From Sphingomonadales bacterium (lineage in GTDB: Bacteria > Pseudomonadota > Alphaproteobacteria > Sphingomonadales > Sphingomonadaceae), in NCBI GenBank assembly GCA_027485485.1, contig JAIXQY010000219.1:1-51617 (forward strand): DNA of 51,617 nucleotides. The letters are read 5' to 3'. Under the pieces are notes generated by a model, which worked only from the letters and a program-made list of their open reading frames with translations, was not told the DNA's origin and made no database searches. Of this stretch, positions 11,218-18,315 are shown piece after piece; within the stretch, counting starts at the first letter, position 1, and every line of letters starts with the position of its first letter. The translations under genes and the position numbers were made by a program.

Positions 11218-11308
11218 TCCCCCAGTCCTCCTGAGGGCCATGGTTCAAACGTCAATCGGTCGGCGCCGTGGGCCGATCGGTGCAGACCGGCCCTGTGTGG
11301 CGACCTGA
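11218..11308. repeat. Conserved ~90-bp segment downstream of paralog, copy 2
   Basis: Aligns with 10335-10424. Confidence 0.75.
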
Positions 11309-11818
11309 TCAATTGTCGGCGGGTCTGTTCGTGATCGGCGGATCCAGTCGCACCAATACCGGGGTTGAACCGGTCTGAATATTGCAGCAGGATATCTTGA
11401 GACAATATTCGTAGGATCCAACACTATTGTCCAAGTCTGTGAACAAGAGGAAGTATGGAGTTCCTATGGACGTGTTTACAGTAAATTCTGATTCCGGCGG
11501 TGCTGAGGGTGGACCGGGAACCTGGTCTCGCGTGAACTCAACTGCGCTGGAGTGCGGATCAGGAAAACAGACGTTTGCTCCATAGCCATTTTTGTCATGT
11601 ACCGTGGAAATAATGGTAAATGTCATGTCTGTCGCGCTGCTATAGTCGGCCGTCTTGGCCATTTTGGTCAGGTCGATCGCACCTGAGGCTGTGACGACAC
11701 CCTGGCTTGGCGGGTTGCAGTTCCGCACGCTGTAGACGGCATGAACCGTCCAACTGTTGTCGGCATTTTCCTGACCGGACAAGGTCACATTGATATCCAA
11801 TTTCATGTTTTGTGGCAT
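11309..11818 (-). CDS. Hypothetical beta-rich protein, 169 aa, C-terminal LDPPITNR (paralog of 10425-10934)
   Basis: Start MPQNMKLD at 11818 with AAGGA RBS. Shares GAIDLT, AVEFT, APPESEFTVN, FTDxDNSxGSYxYCLK and LDPPIxNR with the neighbouring paralog. Confidence 0.85.
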   Translation of the reverse strand: MPQNMKLDINVTLSGQENADNSWTVHAVYSVRNCNPPSQGVVTASGAIDLTKMAKTADYSSATDMTFTIISTVHDKNGYGANVCFPDPHSSAVEFTRDQVPGPPSAPPESEFTVNTSIGTPYFLLFTDLDNSVGSYEYCLKISCCNIQTGSTPVLVRLDPPITNRPADN

Positions 11819-11893
11819 GTTACATCCTTTTGAATACGATTGTTTAAGCAACGCAAAGGCTACACTTTTCGGGAGATTTTATTATTTAGTTGT

Positions 11894-13987
11894 TCATGAA
11901 GATGCCACGCGATTCAGCAGCCCGGCCGCCGGGTAACGGTTGGTCAATGCCGGTTCGGCAATGTCGGCTTCGGGCAGCCGCCGGCGAAGGGCGGCCAGCA
12001 TGGCCAGGGCGCGCTGGTCAGGCGCCGGGCCGACAAAGCCAGACGCCAGCCGCGCCGTTTCCACCGCGCCGGCGCGATCACCTGTGGCCAACCTGTCGGC
12101 CGCCTCGAGGCTGAGCACCATGATCCACGCCGCCTGGGTGCCGCGTCCAGCCTGGCGATCGGCCGCCATATTGTTGTTTTTGCGGAAGGCGGCGATTCCG
12201 GCGCGCGCTCCGGCCCGGTCACCGGTGCCGAAGCGGACCGCGATTCCCGTCCACGCGCTGTTGAGGCCCAGCACCCGCCAGTTGGAATTTTTGGGGTCTT
12301 CGGTCACCAGCTGCCGGGACTTGGCTGCGGCCCAGCGGCTCGTCTGCACGGCCTCTGGCCACCGCCCGGCCAGAGCCAAGGCTTCGGAGCGGCGATTTGC
12401 AGCGCTGACTGCAAGTTCAAGCCACAGGTGATTTTCCGGGTCCTGCGCGATGGATGCTTCGAGATCCTGGAAGGCCGCCCGCGAACGCTCGATGGCTGAA
12501 GCTGTGTCCCCATCAAGCAGATCAAGCTCGGCCAATGCCTCGCGGGCGTTGCCTTTCGAAATCCGGGAGTCGGCGTGGCTGGCATCGCTGGAGAGGATGA
12601 CGGTGTAGATTGCAAGTTCCCGCAGGCGCGCCTCGCGAGCCTTGCTATGGTCACCCTTCAATCGGAAGGCATCCGCCAGCCAGGCATGGGCTTGCCCGGC
12701 CTCCCACTGCTTGCCGCTGTCGCCAGTGTTGGCCGCAGCCAATTCGGCCGTGATCCGCGCATAACGCTGAAACTGCGCAATGGCCTGATCGGCTTGCAGG
12801 CGCCTGAGATACAACACGCCCAGGCTGTTGGCGGCATAGCCCTGTTCGGCTTTCCACTTGGCATTTGCCGCATCGGTTTGCGCCATGGCATCGGCCAGTT
12901 TGGCATAGGTGCGGAAGCGCTGCTCGGCCGTTTTCGCGTCTTGCCGGGCCCAGGCGGTCTGTCCCACAAAGAACACGCTTTGGGCATGATCGAACATGCG
13001 TTCCGGCGTGTCGGGATCGCGCGCCAGAAGTTCGCCGGTCGCCCGTTCCGCTTCCCGAAACGCCTTCAACGCCCCGACGCTGTCGCCGCGCAGATCGCGC
13101 ACTTCACCGACCAGGTGCAAGGCACGGGCGCGGCGGCCCAACTCGCTGGCATCCAGCGCCGAAAGCGTTTGTGCTTCGTAATAGGCCAGCGCCTTCTGGC
13201 CAACAGCATCCAGCACCTCCAGCCGGCCAACCGGCTCCAGCTTGTTGCGCAGATCGGTGAGCATGAATTCAACCAGACCATCGGCCTGCGCCCGCTGCCG
13301 CTCGGCTTCCCGCTGGCCCTGGATGGCCAGCACGGTGAGCACCGCCATCGCTACGGCGAGCACCAACGACACGGCGGCCACCAGCACCAGCCGTTGTTGC
13401 CGCCGGGCCGCCTCCCGCTGCACCAGGGCATCAAGCGGCAGCCCGGTCAGCCCGGCCACCAGTTTCAGCTTGGCCAGCTTCTTGCCGTCACCTTCCGGCC
13501 TGATGTCGGCCGCGATCGGTTCAATCGGGTCGTTGCTGATCGCGCCGCCGGGCAACACATGAAATTTCAGGGCCGGCGGAAAACAGGCGCTGATCTGTGG
13601 ATCGGCGGGATCGCCATCGACGATCAGCGCGAGCACGCGGGCGGTGCCGCCGCCGCGCTTGCCGCCATGCAGCAGCTTGAATTGCCGCACCTCTTCGTTG
13701 ACCCAGGTCGACCGGGCCGCCGCCGGGGAGCAGACGACGATCAGGAACTGCGATCGCTTCAGGGCGCCCAACAGCTCGGCGGAAAGATCGCCAGCGGCCG
13801 GCAGCTCATTGCGGTCGCGGAACAGAGAGCCGAGCCGCGCGGGAACCGGCCCAAGCGCGGTTTCGAACCCGACCAGCTTTGCCGGGATGCGATAGGCTTC
13901 CAGCGCGCGGTGCAACCATTCCACAACCCGCGCATCGGCATGGCTGTAACTGATGAAGGCACGATATTGCGCTGGTTGCGGCTTCAC
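11894..13987 (-). CDS. TIR domain + single transmembrane helix + TPR-like helical repeat protein
   Basis: N-terminal AFISYSHAD…LFRDRNEL…LIVVCSPAAARSTWVNEE (TIR with the Glu at the catalytic position). Hydrophobic LVLVAAVSLVLAVAMAVLTVLAI segment, then Ala/Leu-rich helical repeats. Confidence 0.9.
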   Translation of the reverse strand: MKPQPAQYRAFISYSHADARVVEWLHRALEAYRIPAKLVGFETALGPVPARLGSLFRDRNELPAAGDLSAELLGALKRSQFLIVVCSPAAARSTWVNEEVRQFKLLHGGKRGGGTARVLALIVDGDPADPQISACFPPALKFHVLPGGAISNDPIEPIAADIRPEGDGKKLAKLKLVAGLTGLPLDALVQREAARRQQRLVLVAAVSLVLAVAMAVLTVLAIQGQREAERQRAQADGLVEFMLTDLRNKLEPVGRLEVLDAVGQKALAYYEAQTLSALDASELGRRARALHLVGEVRDLRGDSVGALKAFREAERATGELLARDPDTPERMFDHAQSVFFVGQTAWARQDAKTAEQRFRTYAKLADAMAQTDAANAKWKAEQGYAANSLGVLYLRRLQADQAIAQFQRYARITAELAAANTGDSGKQWEAGQAHAWLADAFRLKGDHSKAREARLRELAIYTVILSSDASHADSRISKGNAREALAELDLLDGDTASAIERSRAAFQDLEASIAQDPENHLWLELAVSAANRRSEALALAGRWPEAVQTSRWAAAKSRQLVTEDPKNSNWRVLGLNSAWTGIAVRFGTGDRAGARAGIAAFRKNNNMAADRQAGRGTQAAWIMVLSLEAADRLATGDRAGAVETARLASGFVGPAPDQRALAMLAALRRRLPEADIAEPALTNRYPAAGLLNRVASS

Positions 13988-14219
13988 ATCCCTGGCCCCC
14001 CGGAGTTGATGCTACACCTTATTGCAACATCCACAATTGGCATCTTGCATGTCGAAGACGCGGGGCGGGAATTTGGCAGATATCATCCTGCCCAGTTGGG
14101 CAATATCGGGAAACCCGGCTTGCCGAAATCTTGAGGTCGCGCAATGGGATGGGTGAAAGCATGTGGCTGCAGCGGCTCAACCTCTGCCGGCTGAAGGCCC
14201 GTTTTCTTGCCTTCCCACG

Positions 14220-14254
14220 AAAAAGGGCGGCGGCCGTTGCCGGCCGCCGCCCTT
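14220..14254 (-). terminator. Rho-independent terminator of the cytochrome c gene
   Basis: aagggcggcggccg-ttgc-cggccgccgccctt hairpin followed by a U-run on the minus strand. Confidence 0.8.
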
Positions 14255-14272
14255 GATTTCAAGCAATGCTGC

Positions 14273-14893
14273 TTACTTGGCGGGCGCGTCAGCTGCCGGA
14301 GCAGCGTCTTCGGCGGGCGCTGCTTCCTCGGCAGCCGGGGCTTCTTCGGCCGGGGCGGCGGGCAGCGGCAGCGGGCTGGCGCTCTTGGAGTTGAGATAGG
14401 CGATGACGGCGGCACGGTCTTCCGGCTTGCTGATGCCCGCAAAGCTCATCTTGTTGCCGGCGGCATAGGCCTTCGGGCTCTTGAGCCAGCCCCACAGCGC
14501 GTCCCAATCCCAGTTCTTGCCCTTCATGCCGCCCAGCGCGTCGGAATAGCTGAAGCCGGCTGCCGCTGCGATCGGGCGGCCAACCACGCCGTGCAGGGCC
14601 GGGCCGGTGCCGTTGGCGCCGCCGGGATCGACATTGTGGCAGGCGGCGCATTTCTTGAACACGGCTTCGCCCTTGGCGACATCTGCGCTGGCCAGATAGA
14701 AGGCAGCGGGCTTTTCGGCTTCGGCCGCAGCGGCGCCTTCGGCTGGGGCTTCTTCGGCGCCGGCCACTTCATAGCCGGGCTTTTCCGGCACGTGACGCGC
14801 AAACATCTCGTCGCTGACGATGGAAACGCCCAACACGGCGAGCAGGCCCGCCAGCGTGCCGCCAAAAATCTTGTTCCACTCGAAACTGTCCAC
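14273..14893 (-). CDS. Membrane-anchored cytochrome c (CycM/c2-like)
   Basis: N-terminal anchor (DSFEWNKIFGG…), CAACH heme motif, GPALHGVVGR and GNKMSFAG with the axial Met. GTG start with GGAG upstream. Confidence 0.92.
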   Translation of the reverse strand: MDSFEWNKIFGGTLAGLLAVLGVSIVSDEMFARHVPEKPGYEVAGAEEAPAEGAAAAEAEKPAAFYLASADVAKGEAVFKKCAACHNVDPGGANGTGPALHGVVGRPIAAAAGFSYSDALGGMKGKNWDWDALWGWLKSPKAYAAGNKMSFAGISKPEDRAAVIAYLNSKSASPLPLPAAPAEEAPAAEEAAPAEDAAPAADAPAK

Positions 14894-15020
14894 GTGTCGC
14901 TCCATTCGCGCGGCGGCTGGCCATGATCACAGCCTGCGCCCTACCGCCGCAGGGGATAGGCAATTGCGGCGCGCCTCGCAAGCATTTGCTTGTTGCAGCG
15001 CACTATCATAACGAGCGGAC

Positions 15021-15917
15021 ATGACGAGCAGCTATCCGCCCCTGGCCCAGACCCTGGTTGATCGCATGGTGGACGCCGCCGCCGCTGCGCCGGAGCGCGC
15101 TGTGGCGTTTCAGGGCGCGCCGGGCGCCTACAGCCATCAGGCGGTGCGCGAAGCCTTCCCGGATCGCCTGCCGCTGCCCTGCGCCAGCTTTGAAGACGCG
15201 ATCGAGGCGGTCCAGGCCGGGCGCGCTGGCTGTGCGGTGATTCCCATCGAAAACAGCCTGCACGGCCGTGTGGCCGACATGCATTTTCTGCTGCCCGAAT
15301 CCGGACTTTCGATCGTGGGCGAACATTTCGTTCGGGTGCGCCACTGCCTGCTGGCGCTGGGCGAGATGGCGGCGCTGCGCGAGGTGAAGAGCCATCCGCA
15401 GGCGCTGGGCCAGGTGCGCCGGCACCTGCGCGAATGGGGCATCGCGCCGGTGCAATATTTCGACACCGCGGCGGCCGCTGCTGCCGTGGCGGGGGAGGGC
15501 GATGCGGCCACCGGCGCCATCGCCAGCCGGCTGGCGGCAGAGCTGTATGGCCTGAAGATTCTGGCCGAAGGCGTGGAAGATGCCGATCACAACACCACCC
15601 GGTTCGTCGTTTTGAGCCGGGAGGCCGAAGTGCCGCCGATCGGCCTGCCGGCGATGACCAGTTTCAATTTCGAAGTGCGATCGGTTCCCGCTGCCCTGTT
15701 CAAGGCGCTGGGCGGCTTTGCCACCAACGGCGTCAACATGACCAAGCTGGAGAGCTATCTGCGGGACGGCAAGTTCTCCCAGGCCGAATTCTATGCCGAA
15801 ATCGAAGGATCGCCCGCCGAACCGCCAGTGGCGCGTGCGCTGGAGGAACTGGCCTATTTCACCAACTGGGTGCGGGTGATTGGCACCTATCCCCGCGCGC
15901 GGGATCGCGCGGAATAA
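15021..15917 (+). CDS. pheA: Prephenate dehydratase
   Basis: AFQGAPGAYS, PIENS, SHPQAL, NTTRF and the ACT-domain NMTKLES motif. Confidence 0.95.
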   Translation: MTSSYPPLAQTLVDRMVDAAAAAPERAVAFQGAPGAYSHQAVREAFPDRLPLPCASFEDAIEAVQAGRAGCAVIPIENSLHGRVADMHFLLPESGLSIVGEHFVRVRHCLLALGEMAALREVKSHPQALGQVRRHLREWGIAPVQYFDTAAAAAAVAGEGDAATGAIASRLAAELYGLKILAEGVEDADHNTTRFVVLSREAEVPPIGLPAMTSFNFEVRSVPAALFKALGGFATNGVNMTKLESYLRDGKFSQAEFYAEIEGSPAEPPVARALEELAYFTNWVRVIGTYPRARDRAE

Positions 15918-16454
15918 TCAGGCGGGCGCGCGCAGCAGCCGCACCAGGGCCTTGCCAAAGCGGCGCTCGACCACGCGTTCCCACTCGCAGGCCAGCGGAT
16001 CGGCCGCGGCCGTCTCCACGCTGACGAGGGCGCCGGACGCGATCCAGCCGCGTTCGTGGAGGTGGCTGAGTGCCGGATCGGCCAGCCCCAGGCCATAGGG
16101 CGGATCGAGAAACACCAGATGATGTTCGCGCGGCGCGCCGCCGATGCTGGCCACCGGGCTTTGCCGCACATCGCCCACCGCCCCCAGCGCGGTGAGGTTG
16201 GCGCGGATGGCCTTCACGGCCGCTGCGTCATTGTCGATGAAACAGGCGGAGCCGGCGCCGCGCGACAAGGCCTCGATGCCGAGTGCGCCGGTACCGGCAA
16301 ACAGATCGAGCACATCCAGCCCTTCGAAGCTGCCGAGGCGACTGGCCAACATGGAGAAAATCGCTTCGCGCGCGCGGTCGCTGGTGGGGCGGGTAGATTC
16401 GCCCGGCGGGGCTTTCAGAGCGCGGCCCCGCCATTGGCCCGATATGACGCGCAT
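15918..16454 (-). CDS. rsmD: 16S rRNA m2G966 methyltransferase
   Basis: MRVISGQWRGR, TRPTSDRAREAIF, LDLFAGTGALGIEALSRGA and LDPPY. Confidence 0.95.
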   Translation of the reverse strand: MRVISGQWRGRALKAPPGESTRPTSDRAREAIFSMLASRLGSFEGLDVLDLFAGTGALGIEALSRGAGSACFIDNDAAAVKAIRANLTALGAVGDVRQSPVASIGGAPREHHLVFLDPPYGLGLADPALSHLHERGWIASGALVSVETAAADPLACEWERVVERRFGKALVRLLRAPA

Positions 16455-17803
16455 CAACGCTGCTCCGGTTTGGACGCCTTCAGCATGGATCTGAGCAGGG
16501 CCAGATCGGCTTCGGGGATTTCATCGGCCATGCGCGGCGGCAGATCATCCAGGCCGATCGGGCCATAGGCCACGCGGATCAGCCGGTTCACCTGCAGCCC
16601 GATATGTTCCAGGATGCGGCGCACCTCGCGGTTCTTGCCTTCGCGGATGGTGACGATCAGCCAGAGATTATGGCCGGTCTTGCGCTCGATATCGGCCAGC
16701 ACCGGGCCATAATGAATGCCATCGATGCTGATGCCATCGGCCAGGCTTTCCAGCGCCGCCTGTGTCACCTCGCCAAAGGCGCGCACGCGATAGACGCGCG
16801 GCACGTTGGAGGAGGGCAGTTCCAGCGCGCGCTTCAGCTCGCCATCAGTGGTGAGCAGGAGCAGGCCTTCGGTGTTCATGTCGAGCCGGCCCACCGGCAC
16901 CACGCGCGGCAGGCCTTCGGGCAGGATGTCCATGATGGTCGGGCGTCCGGCCGGGTCGCGCGCGGCGGTGAGGAAGCCGGCGGGCTTGTGAAAGCGATAC
17001 AGCTTGGCCGGTGCAATGCCGGCCACTGGCTGGCCATCAACCGTCACATCCTTCAGGCTGGTGATGTTGAGCGCGGGCGAGGTGAGCACCTCGCCGGCAA
17101 TGGCGATGCGGCCTTCGGCAACCATGCGTTCGATATCGCGGCGTGATCCCACCCCGGCGCGGGCCAGGGCCTTGGCGATACGTTGCTCCGCAACCTCGGT
17201 CTGGCGCACCGGCGGCGGCGCGCGCTTGATGCGGGGTTGTTCGGCGCGTGGCGGTTTGCCGGGGCCGGCGGGGCGGGTGTCGGGACGTTCGCTGCGCTCC
17301 GGGCGGCGGCGGTCGGGCCGGGCATCGGCATCGCGGCTGCGGAAGGGGCGGGCTGCGCCGTCGCGGGCTGGGCGCTCGCTGCGGTCCGGGCGGTCGCGGG
17401 TTTCGGCGCGGCGGCGATCCGGGCGGGCATCGGCATCGCGGCGGTCCGGGCCGGCATCACGACTGCGGAAGGGGCGAGTTGCGCCGTCGCGGACCGGGCG
17501 CTCGCTGCGCGCAGGGCGTTCACCGCGTTCCGGGCCGGCATCACGGCTGCGGAAGGGCCGGGCTGCGCCGTCGCGGGAAGGGCGGTCGCTGCGATCCAGG
17601 CGGTCGCGGGTTTCGGCGCGGCGGCGATCCGGGCGGGCATCGGCCTCGCGGCGGTCCGGGCCGGCATCACTGCTGCGGAAAGGCCGGGCCTGGCCATCGT
17701 CATTTGAGCGCGCACGGGCCGGCCGGCCATCGGCGCGGGGCGGACGGGCGTTGGGACGAGCGGGGGGACGGCCGGGACCGGAAGGCTTGCGGGGTGGTCG
17801 CAT
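16454..17803 (-). CDS. rluB: rRNA pseudouridine synthase (RluB-like) with long Arg/Pro/Asp repeat N-terminus
   Basis: S4 domain RIAKALARAGVGSRR, VGRLDMNTEGLLLLT and EGKNREVRR. Start codon uncertain. Confidence 0.88.
   Translation of the reverse strand: MRPPRKPSGPGRPPARPNARPPRADGRPARARSNDDGQARPFRSSDAGPDRREADARPDRRRAETRDRLDRSDRPSRDGAARPFRSRDAGPERGERPARSERPVRDGATRPFRSRDAGPDRRDADARPDRRRAETRDRPDRSERPARDGAARPFRSRDADARPDRRRPERSERPDTRPAGPGKPPRAEQPRIKRAPPPVRQTEVAEQRIAKALARAGVGSRRDIERMVAEGRIAIAGEVLTSPALNITSLKDVTVDGQPVAGIAPAKLYRFHKPAGFLTAARDPAGRPTIMDILPEGLPRVVPVGRLDMNTEGLLLLTTDGELKRALELPSSNVPRVYRVRAFGEVTQAALESLADGISIDGIHYGPVLADIERKTGHNLWLIVTIREGKNREVRRILEHIGLQVNRLIRVAYGPIGLDDLPPRMADEIPEADLALLRSMLKASKPEQR
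17285..17700 (-). repeat. Coding tandem repeats in the pseudouridine synthase N-terminus
   Basis: RPFRSxDA occurs four times; ADARPDRRRAETRDR occurs twice in full and once partially. The DNA copies are near-identical. Confidence 0.85.
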
Positions 17804-18001
17804 GGCGCATCCCATGCGGCCAAGCCTGCCGATTGTCAAAAAATGACGGATTGGCGACGCCGGAGCCATGGGTGCCGGCCTGCCACCATGTCGTTCAGCG
17901 TGGCGTGACCAGCGTGCGGCGGACAAGATGTGATGTTTTTGTGGCGTTCGCCATTCCGGCAATTGCTCTGCCCCGCCGCTTGCGCTAACCGCTGCCGCAG
18001 A

Positions 18002-18086
18002 GCCCCTGTGGTGAAATTGGTAGACGCGTCCGACTCAAAATCGGATGGAGAAATCCGTGCTGGTTCGATTCCGGCCAGGGGCACCA
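18002..18086 (+). tRNA. tRNA-Leu(CAA)
   Basis: gcccctg/caggggc acceptor stem, tccga-ctCAAaa-tcgga anticodon arm, long variable arm, GGTTCGATTCC T-loop and encoded CCA. Confidence 0.96.
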
Positions 18087-18260
18087 TTTTTTGTTTGCGC
18101 GATGCCGCCCGCCAACCCATCGCGCGGGTTTGGCTTCGCTCCGCTCAACCACACCATCTTTCCTTTAACTGCGAAAACGCCGGCCAACCGTTCATGGTTT
18201 GCCGGCGTTGTGCTGCGTGGCCGCTGTGCCGCCGCCGCTCGGATCAGTGTGCCCCAAATG

Positions 18261-18290
18261 AAAACGGGGCCGGTGTTGCCACCGGCCCCG
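18261..18290 (-). terminator. Rho-independent terminator of the TonB-dependent receptor gene
   Basis: cggggccggtg-ttgc-caccggccccg hairpin followed by UUUU on the minus strand. Confidence 0.8.
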
Positions 18291-18315
18291 CTGTTCATGT
18301 CGTGCGATCAGATGA

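Noticed and set aside
11139-11405. 88-aa minus-strand ORF between the paralogs
   Set aside because: It overlaps the 3' end of the paralog out of frame, and the meaningful homology (the receptor remnant) is in another frame.
10425-11818. Diversity-generating retroelement explanation for the paralog pair
   Set aside because: There is no reverse transcriptase in the window, and the differences are spread throughout rather than adenine-specific in a TR/VR pair.
17285-17700. Repeats as a possible CRISPR array
   Set aside because: The units are in-frame coding repeats of variable length, with no unique spacers and no cas genes.
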